Under the pieces are notes generated by a model. That model saw only the letters and a program-made list of their open reading frames with translations. It was not told the origin of the DNA and ran no database searches. Both the position numbers and the translations under genes were made by a program. This document shows positions 22,046 to 32,177 of a stretch of 64,000 nt of DNA, piece after piece. The stretch is from Acidobacteriota bacterium (lineage in GTDB: Bacteria > Acidobacteriota > UBA890 > WLXD01). The stretch spans positions 1,088,001-1,152,000 of the forward strand of contig CBDFKD010000002.1 of the NCBI GenBank assembly GCA_965248695.1, written 5' to 3'. The first letter of the stretch is position 1, and each line of letters opens with the position of its first letter.

Positions 22046-23824
22046 TCAGGGCCAGACGACCCGCCGCACCTGGCTGCGCTCTTTTGCCAAGACCGGAGTG
22101 TGACCCGGCCAGGCGAGCGCCGACACGAAGATATAAACGACCTCGCCGGACTTGGGAGTCCAGCTATTGAGCGGCGAGAACTTGATGTGCGTCTTCATCA
22201 CCGAGGCGATCGTCGAGGACGGTGGCTTGGTGCCCATTCCCTTACATGTACCACCTGGCACGAACCATTCGAAGATCCCGGCGTACCAGGTGCCGTTCAC
22301 GTTGGCGATGACCCACGGATTGCCCTCGACAGAGACCCCGCCGCCGGGCTCGATCGCCACCGGCCACTTGCCCGCCTTGGTATGCGGCATGCAGATCTGA
22401 CCGGGCGAGATCGATACGCCGGTGAGCGTGGAAGTGATCTGCCATGCGCTGATGTTGTGGTTCAGGAACACGACCTGCGACAGATCGAGCTCGTCCTGGG
22501 AGTTGCCGCCGCCACCACCACCATCGCCACCACCGTCTCCGCCATCGCCGCCACCACCGGTATCCTCGGGAGCGATCACTACCTTGATCGCGGCCGACGC
22601 GGTGCGGCCGTCCCCGTCCTCGAAGTCGATCCGTGCGGTGTAAGCTCCTTCGCTGGCATAGGTATGTGATGCGCTGGCAGCGCCGGAAGTCACCGCTCCG
22701 GTATCCGAGGTGCCATCGCCATAGCTCAGCTTTGCGGTGCCGTTTGGTGCGGCGCCGTTGCTGAGCCTGGCCGCGACCGTGAACACGGTCGGTTCGCCGA
22801 ACAGGCCAACATCCGCGGTCAGATCGATCTCCGCGGTCAGTCGAGGATCGACGCGGATGCGCACGTCGGCGCGCCCGCCCTTGCCGTTCGCCGCGGTGAC
22901 CGATGCAACGACGCGATAACTGCCCGGATCACGGAACGTGTGCTCTACTGACGTTGACCCGCTGACCTCGCCGAGGTTCGTGCTGCGGCCGTCACCCCAG
23001 TCGATCGTCACGCTGCCGCTGGCTCGGGCCAGGCGCGCTCGATCCAGCCCGATGTTGAAGTTCAACGGCTCGCGGGCGTACGTTTCGGCGGTCGCGGCGG
23101 ACAGAGCAATCGTCGTCTCGGTCGTGTCGTTGACCCGCAACGACGCCGTATTGCTGCTGACCTCGCCGCCGCCCGTGAACAGCGACGTCACCACGTTGAA
23201 GAAAGAAGCCTCTCGATAGGTGTGCTCGACGGTCGTTCGTCGCCTGAAGTCCGGGATGCGAGTCGACTTGCCATCGCCGAATTCGATCTTGAGCGCACCC
23301 TGCGCTGCACTGCCGTCTTCGTTGGTGGCGGTAACCTTGATCTGTACCGGTCGGTTGAGCTCGGCGGGCTTGGGGGTGAACTCGACCTCGAACTTCACCT
23401 TGCCGGTCGGCACGACCTCGTCGCCGACTTCCAGGCGCCCAGCGCTCGACTCGGTCAGTACGATGCCGCCCGCTTTGATGGCGGCCGTGACTTCGGCAGT
23501 GGTGCTGGTACGGAGCGTTACCCGGGCCTTGCCGTTGTCGTCGGTCCTTGCCGTGTCGCCGTCGGGAAACTCACCGGCGGTGGACGCGAACGACACGAGA
23601 ACCCCGATCTCGGGGGCGTCGGCCACCAGGACGGTTGCTTCGATCTCGACGTCACCACCGCCGTCGGGCAGCGAAACGGGGCTCATGGACAAGGTGATCG
23701 TACGCAATAGGGCATCGGTCGCCGGCGCGGTGAGGTTCTCGATGATCTGGCAGCCAGACATTGCCGTCGCCAGCGCGCCGAGCAGGACCAACGGTCGGAT
23801 TTGATTCGGAGAGCCCACAGCCAC
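22046..23824 (-). CDS. Lipoprotein with an Ig-like domain, three PKD-like repeats, Gly/Asp linker and an unrecognised C-terminal domain
   Basis: Lipobox-like AMSG-C; TDDNGKARVTL; FGDG/WGDG/YGDG...HTY/HTF repeats; GGGGDGGDGGGDGGGGG linker. Confidence 0.8.
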   Translation of the reverse strand: MAVGSPNQIRPLVLLGALATAMSGCQIIENLTAPATDALLRTITLSMSPVSLPDGGGDVEIEATVLVADAPEIGVLVSFASTAGEFPDGDTARTDDNGKARVTLRTSTTAEVTAAIKAGGIVLTESSAGRLEVGDEVVPTGKVKFEVEFTPKPAELNRPVQIKVTATNEDGSAAQGALKIEFGDGKSTRIPDFRRRTTVEHTYREASFFNVVTSLFTGGGEVSSNTASLRVNDTTETTIALSAATAETYAREPLNFNIGLDRARLARASGSVTIDWGDGRSTNLGEVSGSTSVEHTFRDPGSYRVVASVTAANGKGGRADVRIRVDPRLTAEIDLTADVGLFGEPTVFTVAARLSNGAAPNGTAKLSYGDGTSDTGAVTSGAASASHTYASEGAYTARIDFEDGDGRTASAAIKVVIAPEDTGGGGDGGDGGGDGGGGGGNSQDELDLSQVVFLNHNISAWQITSTLTGVSISPGQICMPHTKAGKWPVAIEPGGGVSVEGNPWVIANVNGTWYAGIFEWFVPGGTCKGMGTKPPSSTIASVMKTHIKFSPLNSWTPKSGEVVYIFVSALAWPGHTPVLAKERSQVRRVVWP

Positions 23825-23921
23825 GATCCCCCAGCCGCCCGATCATAACGAAAATAGTTTGAAACAGCCCCAACGCCTTATCAATCATAACAAACCATTA
23901 TTAGTCATCGTCAAGTATCTA

Positions 23922-23941
23922 TTGATATCTTGAGATATCAA
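23922..23941. promoter_or_regulatory. Perfect inverted repeat TTGATATCT-TG-AGATATCAA in an AT-rich divergent promoter region; candidate operator
   Basis: 9-bp arms are exact reverse complements; lies between the divergent PKD-lipoprotein and rmlB genes. Confidence 0.6.
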
Positions 23942-24106
23942 CACCGGTCACCAGTGTCCGACAGTGTCCATTCGGGCCCACCCGACGCGAGAAGCCGACC
24001 GGGGAAGCCGGCGCGGGCGCCCGGCTGGTAGGATTCTTGCTCCCACCCAACACCCACGGCTGGTCGAGCCCGACGCGCTGTCGACCACGATTCCGCTGGC
24101 TTGCTG

Positions 24107-25210
24107 ATGTCTGCACGAAGGCTCTTGGTCACCGGCGGCGCCGGGTTTATCGGCGCCAATTTCGTGCACCGCTGGTGTGCCCGCCATCCTGGCGATCGCG
24201 TCGTGGTAGTGGACGCTCTCACCTACGCCGGCAATCGTGCCACGCTGAGCTTGCTCGGCGACAACCCCTGCTTCCGCTTTGTCCAGGCCGACATCACCGA
24301 GCTGGAGCCGATACGGGAGATCCTGCACGACGAATCGATCGACACGCTGGTGCACTTCGCCGCCGAATCGCATGTGGATCGATCGATCGAGGGGCCGGGG
24401 GAGTTCGTCCGCACCAACGTCGTCGGCAGTTGGAGCCTCCTGGAGGCGGCGCGGATCGAGTGGGTCGAGGCGAGTCCCCGCGAGCATCGCTTCCACCACG
24501 TGTCCACCGACGAGGTGTACGGCAGCCTCGATAGCGACGACTCCGCTTTCACGGAGACCACTCGCTACGAGCCCAACTCGCCCTACGCAGCCAGCAAGGC
24601 CGCATCCGACCACCTGGTGCGAGCCTACCAGCACACCTACGGCTTGCAGGTCACCACCAGCAACTGTTCCAACAACTACGGGCCCTACCAGTTTCCCGAG
24701 AAGCTCATTCCGTTGATGATCGTCAACCTGCTGGCCGGCAAGGAGCTGCCGGTCTATGGGGATGGTCTGAACGTTCGCGACTGGCTGCACGTGGACGATC
24801 ACTGCGCCGGCATCGAACGCATCCTCGAGCGCGGTCGGGTGGGTGAGACCTACAACATCGGCGGCGATAACGAGTGGCGCAATATCGACCTGGTGCGCCT
24901 CTTGTGCCGGCTGGTCGACGAGCAGTTCGCAGCGGATTCTGGGCTGGCGCGGCAGTTCCCCGACTGCGTCGCCGGCGCCGGTGGCAGCTGCGCGGATCTG
25001 ATCCGTTTCGTTCGTGACCGCCCCGGGCACGATCGGCGCTACGCGATCGACGGCTCCAAGCTGGAGCGTGAGCTAGCGTTCAGCGCTTCCACGCCATTCG
25101 AGGACGGGCTCCGAGCCACGCTCCGCTGGTATCTCGACAACCAGGACTGGTGGGGCGCGATCCTCGACGGTAGCTACCGCGAGTGGGTCGCCAAGCAATA
25201 CCAGGAATGA
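24107..25210 (+). CDS. rfbB: dTDP-glucose 4,6-dehydratase
   Basis: VTGGAGFIG, HFAAESHVDRSI, HVSTDEVYG, PYAASKA, NNYGPYQFPEKLIP, DRPGHDRRYAID. Confidence 0.97.
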   Translation: MSARRLLVTGGAGFIGANFVHRWCARHPGDRVVVVDALTYAGNRATLSLLGDNPCFRFVQADITELEPIREILHDESIDTLVHFAAESHVDRSIEGPGEFVRTNVVGSWSLLEAARIEWVEASPREHRFHHVSTDEVYGSLDSDDSAFTETTRYEPNSPYAASKAASDHLVRAYQHTYGLQVTTSNCSNNYGPYQFPEKLIPLMIVNLLAGKELPVYGDGLNVRDWLHVDDHCAGIERILERGRVGETYNIGGDNEWRNIDLVRLLCRLVDEQFAADSGLARQFPDCVAGAGGSCADLIRFVRDRPGHDRRYAIDGSKLERELAFSASTPFEDGLRATLRWYLDNQDWWGAILDGSYREWVAKQYQE

Positions 25211-26949
25211 AGCGCACTCCGAGCGAGTTGCAGGGGCGTCACTACGACGTGCTGATCGTCGGTGGCGGCATCACCGGTGCCTGCCTTGCCTTCGACGCCG
25301 CCTTGCGCGGACTGACGGTGGCGCTGATCGACAAGGGCGACTTCGGTGCCGCAACCTCGGCAGCTTCGTCCAAGTTGCTACACGGTGGCCTGCGTTACCT
25401 TCAGCAGCTGCGGTTCGACAAGGTTCGGGAATCGGCGCTCGAGCGCATCTATTTTCAGAATCTCGCGCCGCACCTGACACACTACGTTCCATTCGTTGTG
25501 CCGACCTATCGAAGCCTGTCCAAAAGCAAGACGCTCTTGAATGCCGGGATGCTCCTGTACTCCACGCTTTGTGCCGGCCAGCATCGTCTGCTGCGCGATC
25601 CTGCCAAGCGCGTGCCGGCGGGTCGAGGTCTCGGACGCGAACAGGTGCGAGCGCGGATTCCCGGGCTCGCCGACGCTGGACTGACCGGCGGCCGGCTCTT
25701 CTACGAGAGCCACATGCGTAGCTCCGAGCGCATGACGCTCTCGTTCATCGACAGCGCCACGCGTGCCGGCGCGGTGGTGGTCAACTACATCAAGGCAGAG
25801 CGCTTTCTGGTGGACGGCGATCGCGTGCTGGGTGTCGAGGCAACGGATTGCCTTGCCGCCGGGGCCGGCGCCGACGCGTCGACCGATCAACCGATTGGTG
25901 GCGACGCTGTCGGGACGTTCGAGATTCGTGCCAGCATTGTCGTCAACGTTGCCGGCCCGTGGATCCGTCGACTGAACGCGCAGCTCCAGACCCGCACCGT
26001 GGCCCCGGTTCTTACCGGAATCTCGAAGGGCAGCCACATCGTCACCCGAGCGCTGACCGATGGCTGTGCCGTTGCGCTGCCGACATGCCGACCGAGTCAG
26101 GCGGTAGTCGACCGTGGTGGGCGTCACGTGTTCATCATTCCCTGGCGCGGCCACTCGCTCATTGGCACCACGTACGGGCCGTATCACGGCGACCTGGATG
26201 ATCTGCGGCCGACGATCGCCGACGCCGAAGAGCTCATCGAGGAGATCAACTCGGCATTGGGGCCGGGGACGCTATCGACGGCCGACGTTCTGTATGCTTT
26301 TGCCGGCCTGTATCCGCTAATCGACGACGACATCCGACCGGCCGTCTACCAGGGCACCGGCGAGTACCGCGTCGTCGACCATGAGGCGAGGGATGGCGTC
26401 GCCGGGTTGTTCTCGGTTTTCGGTGCCAAGTACACCACCGCTCGACTGCTCGCCGAGCGCGCTCTCGACCGTATCGCTGGCCGCCTCGGCAAGGGGGCCG
26501 AGTCCGGGCTCACGCGCAAGGCAAGCCTGGCGTCCGGCGATATTCCGGACCTGGAACAGTTTCGCGCCCAACAACACGAGCGCTATGCGGCGCTCCCGAC
26601 CGTCACCATCGATCACCTGGTCAACCACTATGGCACCGCCTGTGGAGCACTGGTCGAGCTGGCCGAATCGGCAGCCGGGCTTGCTGATGAGCTCGCTCCG
26701 GGTCGTGGCGTCATCGCGGCGGAGGCGATATGGGCGGCGCGCTCGGAGATGGCGTGCCGCCTCGACGACTTCGTCTTCCGGCGCTCCGGCCTCGGTACGC
26801 TCGGTCATCCGGGCAACGCCGCCCTGGAGCGCGCCGCGAGCCTGATGGGTGCCGAGCTGGGTTGGGATCCGACGCGCCGTGCCATGGAGGTCGAACGGGT
26901 CGTGCGGCAGTTCCCCGACGATCTGGGCTGCGAGAGCCCGCCGCGATGA
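25207..26949 (+). CDS. FAD-dependent glycerol-3-phosphate dehydrogenase/oxidase-like protein
   Basis: DVLIVGGGITG, ATSAASSKLLHGGLRYL, VNVAGPW, GAKYTTAR; ATGA overlaps on both sides. Confidence 0.88.
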   Translation: MKRTPSELQGRHYDVLIVGGGITGACLAFDAALRGLTVALIDKGDFGAATSAASSKLLHGGLRYLQQLRFDKVRESALERIYFQNLAPHLTHYVPFVVPTYRSLSKSKTLLNAGMLLYSTLCAGQHRLLRDPAKRVPAGRGLGREQVRARIPGLADAGLTGGRLFYESHMRSSERMTLSFIDSATRAGAVVVNYIKAERFLVDGDRVLGVEATDCLAAGAGADASTDQPIGGDAVGTFEIRASIVVNVAGPWIRRLNAQLQTRTVAPVLTGISKGSHIVTRALTDGCAVALPTCRPSQAVVDRGGRHVFIIPWRGHSLIGTTYGPYHGDLDDLRPTIADAEELIEEINSALGPGTLSTADVLYAFAGLYPLIDDDIRPAVYQGTGEYRVVDHEARDGVAGLFSVFGAKYTTARLLAERALDRIAGRLGKGAESGLTRKASLASGDIPDLEQFRAQQHERYAALPTVTIDHLVNHYGTACGALVELAESAAGLADELAPGRGVIAAEAIWAARSEMACRLDDFVFRRSGLGTLGHPGNAALERAASLMGAELGWDPTRRAMEVERVVRQFPDDLGCESPPR

Positions 26950-28145
26950 GCGCCGGAGACGTGCAGGCGCCCAGCGAACCGACGCGCGTGCTCCACATCG
27001 GTCCGACGCCGTTCTTTTCCGATCGCGGCTGCCACATCCGTATCCGAGGACTGATCGGCGCGCTGCAGCGGAGCGGCGTCGAGTGCTGGTTGTGCACCTA
27101 TCAGCACGGTCGCGAGGTGGACGGAGTCGAGACCGAGCGCATCCGTCGCATTCCCGGTTACGATCGCATCGACGCGGGTCCCTCGCCGTTCAAATACGTC
27201 GCCGATGTGCTGTTGTTCTTCAAGGTGTGTGGTTCCATCGCGCGCCGGCGTCCGGACGTGCTGCACGGGCATCTGCACGAGGGGGCGCTGATCGGATGGG
27301 CGGCGCGAGCGGTCTTCTTCTGGCGCCGTCCGCAGCTGGTGTTCGACATGCAGGGTAGCCTGAGCGGCGAGCTCGAAGCGCACGGGTACTTCCGTCGCCT
27401 ACCGCTCCTGCGTTGGTTGTTCGAGCGCGTCGAGTGGCTCATCGATCGGCTTCCGGCGCACATCGCCTGCTCCTCGTCGAGCAGTCTGGAGATCGCGCGC
27501 GACCGCTTTGGCGTCGCTGCCGCGCGGCTGCACCTGGTCGCCGACGGCGCCGACACGGTGGTTGCACCGAAAGCGCAGACGGATCGGCTGCGCCACGAGC
27601 TCGGGTTGCCTGCCGGCCTGCCGGTGGTTGTATACACCGGGTCGCTCCTCGCGGTGAAAGGTGTGGACACGCTGCACGCGACGATCCGGCGAACGGCAGA
27701 GCGTGATCTGTCGGCTCACTTTCTCCTCGTCGGCTATCCGACCGACGAAACGGCGGAGTTCCTGCGATCCGAGGAGCTCGAATCCCGTTGCACGCTTGCC
27801 GGGCGGGTACCGTTCGAGCGCATCGGCGAGTATCTGGCGCTCGCCGACGCGGCGCTGGAGCCGAAGGACACCGACAGCGGTGAGGCCAGCGGCAAGCTGC
27901 TCAACTACATGGCCGCGGGGCTGCCGGTAGCGTGCTTTGACACGCCGAACAACCGGGACATGCTGGCAGATAGTGGCTGCTATGCTTCCTCGGGTTCGGT
28001 CGATCAGCTGGTCGACTGCATCGAAACGCTGACCACGTCGTCCGATGTCGCCAGCGAGCTAGGCGAGCGCGGCCGGGCGCGGGCGCGAGCCGATTTCTCC
28101 TGGGACGCCTCCGCTGCAGTCCTGCGGCGCATCTACGGCGCCTGA
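26946..28145 (+). CDS. Glycosyltransferase family 4
   Basis: YTGSLLAVKGVD, KLLNYMAAGLPV, FSWD; GT-B fold pattern. Confidence 0.9.
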   Translation: MSAGDVQAPSEPTRVLHIGPTPFFSDRGCHIRIRGLIGALQRSGVECWLCTYQHGREVDGVETERIRRIPGYDRIDAGPSPFKYVADVLLFFKVCGSIARRRPDVLHGHLHEGALIGWAARAVFFWRRPQLVFDMQGSLSGELEAHGYFRRLPLLRWLFERVEWLIDRLPAHIACSSSSSLEIARDRFGVAAARLHLVADGADTVVAPKAQTDRLRHELGLPAGLPVVVYTGSLLAVKGVDTLHATIRRTAERDLSAHFLLVGYPTDETAEFLRSEELESRCTLAGRVPFERIGEYLALADAALEPKDTDSGEASGKLLNYMAAGLPVACFDTPNNRDMLADSGCYASSGSVDQLVDCIETLTTSSDVASELGERGRARARADFSWDASAAVLRRIYGA

Positions 28146-28166
28146 CGCAGCCATAGCCGATCTGAT

Positions 28167-28242
28167 GACGATGAACATCTTGCCCACCGGCGGCACCGGC
28201 TTCAGACGATGAGAATCCTGGTCACCGGGGGCACCGGTTTCA
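28167..28242 (+). repeat. Imperfect 38-bp tandem duplication of the epimerase 5' end
   Basis: GACGATGAACATCTTGCCCACCGGCGGCACCGGCTTCA followed directly by GACGATGAGAATCCTGGTCACCGGGGGCACCGGTTTCA. Confidence 0.75.
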
Positions 28243-29192
28243 CCGGCAAGGCACTCGTCAAGCGGCTGCTCGAAGATGGGCATCAGCTGGTGGCGCTGGA
28301 CTACAAGGAAGGCGTCAAGACGCAGGAGCTGCGTGACTGGGGTGCCGAGGTGGTGATCGGCAGCGTCACCGACCCCGAGGTCGTGGAGCGCTGCACGGAG
28401 GGCGTCGACGTCGTCCACCATCTGGCGGCGGCCTTCCGCGAGCTCGACGTGCCGAACAGCTACTACGACGAGGTCAACGTCGGCGGCACGCGCACTGTGC
28501 TGGAGGCGTCCTTACGACACGGCGTCAAGAAGCTCATCTACTGCAGCACCTGTGGCGTGCACGGCAACGTCGAACGGCCGCCGGCCGACGAGGGAGCGCC
28601 GATCAACGCCGCCGACTACTACCAGCAGACCAAGTACGACGCCGAGCCGGTGGTGCTCGAGTACCCGGCGCGCGGCCTACCCACCGTCATACTGCGCCCG
28701 GCGGCGATCTATGGTCCCGGCGATCCGGAGCGCTTCTTCATGATCTTCCGTCGGGTCGGCAACGGCTCGTTTCCGATGTTCGGAGGCGGCCGTACTCTCT
28801 ACCACCCGTTGTACATCGACAGCCTCGTCGATGCCCTGGTGCTGGCGCAGGAACCGGGCAGAGGGGACGGGCAAGCCTACCTGATCGCCGACGCCGAGTA
28901 CGTGTCGATCGAGGAGCTGGTACGGGCGGTCGGCCGCGCCATGGACGTCGACGTACGGATCCGCCACTTCCCGGTATGGCCTCTGGTGGTCGCCGGGCAT
29001 GTCTGCGAAAAGGTCTGCAAGCCGTTTCGCATTGCGCCGCCGATCTTCCCGAGGCGCGTTGACTGGTATCGCCAGAACCGTGCTTTCGATATTTCCAAGG
29101 CGCGTCGCGATCTCGGCTACGCTCCGAGTGTAGGACTCGATGAGGGCCTGCGGCGGACCGCGGACTGGTATCGCGGCGAGGGATACCTCTAG
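28209..29192 (+). CDS. NAD-dependent epimerase/dehydratase (extended SDR)
   Basis: LVTGGTGFTG, YQQTK (YxxxK), RPAAIYGPGD. Confidence 0.92.
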   Translation: MRILVTGGTGFTGKALVKRLLEDGHQLVALDYKEGVKTQELRDWGAEVVIGSVTDPEVVERCTEGVDVVHHLAAAFRELDVPNSYYDEVNVGGTRTVLEASLRHGVKKLIYCSTCGVHGNVERPPADEGAPINAADYYQQTKYDAEPVVLEYPARGLPTVILRPAAIYGPGDPERFFMIFRRVGNGSFPMFGGGRTLYHPLYIDSLVDALVLAQEPGRGDGQAYLIADAEYVSIEELVRAVGRAMDVDVRIRHFPVWPLVVAGHVCEKVCKPFRIAPPIFPRRVDWYRQNRAFDISKARRDLGYAPSVGLDEGLRRTADWYRGEGYL

Positions 29193-29271
29193 TCGAAGCC
29201 TCTGTTACAGGACCGAGTCGGGGACGAGCACCGGCGTCACCCCGGCGACCCCCAATGCGAGCGAATACGCC

Positions 29272-31221
29272 ATGTGTGGCATTACTGGCATCCTGACCCG
29301 CGACCACCACGACGTGGTCGGGCCGATGACAGAAGCGCTGTCGCATCGCGGCCCCGACGGCGACGGTTTCTTCCGCGATGCATCGGTGGCGCTCGGGCAT
29401 CGGCGCCTGAGCATCATCGACGTTGCCGGCGGCGCCCAGCCGCTCGCCAACGAGGATGACACCATCCAGATGGTGTCCAACGGCGAGATCTATAACTCGC
29501 CCACGCTTCGCACCGAGCTCGAGGCCGCGGGCCATGTCTTCCGCACCCATACCGACGTCGAGACCATCCTCCACCTGTATGAGGACCACGGTCCCGATTG
29601 CGTCAAGTATCTTCGCGGCCAGTTCGCCTTCGCCATCTGGGACAGCAGGCGCCGCCGACTGATGCTGGCGCGCGATCACATGGGTCAGAAGCCGTTGTTC
29701 TTCGCCCACGTCGGCGATCAGCTGCTGTTCGCCAGCGAGATCAAGGCGTTGCTGGCCTCGGGGTTGGTCGATCGGCGTGCCGACCTGAACGCGTTATGGC
29801 ACTACACGTCGTTGCGTTTCATCCCCGATCGCTACTCGCTGTTCGAGGGGATCGAGAAGCTGCCGGCGGCGTCGCGGTTGATCTGGCAGGACGGCAAGGT
29901 CGAGATCGACCGGTACTGGAGCTTCGACTTCGACGACAAGCTCGACGCCAGCGAGACAGAGGTAGCCGATCGTCTCGAGGAGCTGCTGCTTGAGACGGTC
30001 GAGATGCACATGCTCAGCGACGTGCCGGTGGGCGCGTTCCTGAGCGGTGGCATCGACTCCAGCCTGATCACCGCGATGATGTCGAAGGTGTCCGGCAGAT
30101 CGATCCCGACCTTCTCGATCGGTGTCGAGGAGCAGGACTACAACGAGCTGCCGTTTGCGCGCATGGTGAACGAGCGCTACGGCGCGGTGGCCAACGAGCG
30201 CATCGTCAGGGCCGATCTGATCCACCTGATGCCGAAGATGGTCTACCACCTGGACGAGCCGTCGGACCCGTTCGGCGTCGGCGTGTATCTCGTTTCCCAA
30301 GTTGCCGCCGAGCAGGTGAAGGTGGTGCTTTCAGGCGATGGCGGCGACGAGAACTTCGCCGGCTACGACCGCTTCGCCGGCCAGCGCCTCGTGGACCTGT
30401 ACTGCCTGCTACCCGCCTTCCTGCGCCGTCAGGTCATGCGAAGGATCTTCAATCTGGTTCCCGAGTCGTTCGGCTACAAGAGCCTGGCGCAGAAGCTCAC
30501 CTGGGTAAACGAGATGTCGTTCTACGACAGCGGCGCCCGCTACGCGCATGCGATGAGCTTTCTGCGCTTCACGCCCGACGCCAAGCGGCAGCTATTCACC
30601 GCCGACGCAAGGGCTCGGATCGACGATCACGACTCGGTGGCGAAGATCCTGCGCTGGTTCGACGCTGAAGGCGTCGACGATCTCGTCGATCGCATGCTCT
30701 ACACCGATCTCAACACGCGCATGCCCGACCACCTGTTGCCGATCGTCGACCGCATGTCGATGGCCCACTCGCTCGAGTCACGGCCGCCGTTGATCGACTA
30801 TCGGGTGGTCGAGTTCGCTGCCTCGATCCCCGGCGCCATGAAGCTCAAGGGTCGCGATCTCAAGCACATCCTCAAGGTAGTGGCGGCGCGCTACCTGCCG
30901 CGCGAGCTCATCGAGCGCGAGAAGCAAGGTTTCGGTTTTCCGCTCGGACGCTGGATGCGCACCGACCTGCAGCCGTTCATCCGCAACCTGTTCGCCGAAT
31001 CGAGGTTCGTCGATAACGGCATCTTCGAGCCACAGACCGTGCAGCGGATTATCGACGAGCATATGGCCGGCAGCGTGAACCACGACTACCGGCTGTGGAT
31101 CCTGATCAACCTCGAGTTCTGGCACCGGCTCTACTTCGAGAACGAGAGCGTCGACTCGCTGCTCGAGCTCACCGATCGCCTGTCGGGTGCCTCCCGGGAA
31201 TCGGCAAGAGCGACGGCCTAG
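29272..31221 (+). CDS. asnB: Asparagine synthase (glutamine-hydrolysing) family amidotransferase
   Basis: MCGI N-terminal nucleophile, HRGPD, NGEIYN, LSGGIDSS, SGDGGDE, DRMSMAHSLE. Confidence 0.93.
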   Translation: MCGITGILTRDHHDVVGPMTEALSHRGPDGDGFFRDASVALGHRRLSIIDVAGGAQPLANEDDTIQMVSNGEIYNSPTLRTELEAAGHVFRTHTDVETILHLYEDHGPDCVKYLRGQFAFAIWDSRRRRLMLARDHMGQKPLFFAHVGDQLLFASEIKALLASGLVDRRADLNALWHYTSLRFIPDRYSLFEGIEKLPAASRLIWQDGKVEIDRYWSFDFDDKLDASETEVADRLEELLLETVEMHMLSDVPVGAFLSGGIDSSLITAMMSKVSGRSIPTFSIGVEEQDYNELPFARMVNERYGAVANERIVRADLIHLMPKMVYHLDEPSDPFGVGVYLVSQVAAEQVKVVLSGDGGDENFAGYDRFAGQRLVDLYCLLPAFLRRQVMRRIFNLVPESFGYKSLAQKLTWVNEMSFYDSGARYAHAMSFLRFTPDAKRQLFTADARARIDDHDSVAKILRWFDAEGVDDLVDRMLYTDLNTRMPDHLLPIVDRMSMAHSLESRPPLIDYRVVEFAASIPGAMKLKGRDLKHILKVVAARYLPRELIEREKQGFGFPLGRWMRTDLQPFIRNLFAESRFVDNGIFEPQTVQRIIDEHMAGSVNHDYRLWILINLEFWHRLYFENESVDSLLELTDRLSGASRESARATA

Positions 31222-31382
31222 CCGCGCGAGCTGTTGGGCCCGCACCGGGGGCAACGAGGCGGGAGACCAACTGCCAGACGGCGAGACTAGCAGGAGCGAG
31301 CTCCGCTGTTGGCGGAGCCAGCTGCACAGCGGTTGCCCCGACGCGTGACCAACGGCGACGGCTTCCGCTAGGGTTAGACGCT

Positions 31383-32177
31383 ATGGCCAAGCAGACGAAG
31401 ACGCAGGGGAGCGTCACCGACGGCGGGTCCGCGTTGCAGCGTTACCGACGGGTGATCGTCGGGCAGCCGGGCTGGGGCGCGCTCGTTTACTTCGAGATCT
31501 GCGCCTGGCTGGCGATCGTTCCGGGGGCGTTGGGGCTGTTTCTGCGCCGGAGCCTGTGGCCGGGGTTGCTCGGCAACTGCGGCAAGGGGGTGGTGTTCGG
31601 AGCCAACGTGACGCTGCGCCATCCGCATCGCGTTCACCTCGGCGATCGGGTGGTGGTCAGCGATGGTTGCATCCTCGACGCGCGCAACGAGAGCGCCGAG
31701 AAGACGATCGACATCGGCGACGACGTGATCCTGGCCAACAACGTTACGATCTCGTGTAAGGGAGGTACCGCGCGGGTCGGCGCGGGCTCGGGGATCGGCA
31801 CCCAGACCGTCATCCACGCCGTCAATGGCTGCCGGGTCGAGCTCGGCGCCGATCAGATCGTCGGGCCGGACTGCTACATCGCCGGCGGGGGCAACTACGA
31901 CATCGATCGGGTCGATCTACCGATGGGCCAGCAGGGGCTGCGGGAGTCGGAAGAGGGCGTGACGCTCGAGGGCGACAACTGGCTCGGGGCCAAGGTATCG
32001 ATACTCCCGGGCGTGACCATGGGCCGCGGGAGCGTGGCCGCCGCGGGAGCCGTGGTGACCGTCTCGGTACCACCTATGGCGGTATGCGGTGGAGTGCCGG
32101 CGAGCGTCATTCGAATGCGCGGGCAGGCGACGAGCGCCCACTCCGACCACGCCTCGGCAACCCGCGACGGCGAGTGA
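31383..32177 (+). CDS. Hexapeptide-repeat (LbH) acyltransferase
   Basis: Repeated [LIV]G.. hexapeptides; WLGAKVSILPGV; GGVPA. Confidence 0.88.
   Translation: MAKQTKTQGSVTDGGSALQRYRRVIVGQPGWGALVYFEICAWLAIVPGALGLFLRRSLWPGLLGNCGKGVVFGANVTLRHPHRVHLGDRVVVSDGCILDARNESAEKTIDIGDDVILANNVTISCKGGTARVGAGSGIGTQTVIHAVNGCRVELGADQIVGPDCYIAGGGNYDIDRVDLPMGQQGLRESEEGVTLEGDNWLGAKVSILPGVTMGRGSVAAAGAVVTVSVPPMAVCGGVPASVIRMRGQATSAHSDHASATRDGE

Noticed and set aside
22500-22562. GCC/ACC-rich tandem-like repeat
   Set aside because: Simply encodes the Gly/Asp linker of the PKD lipoprotein
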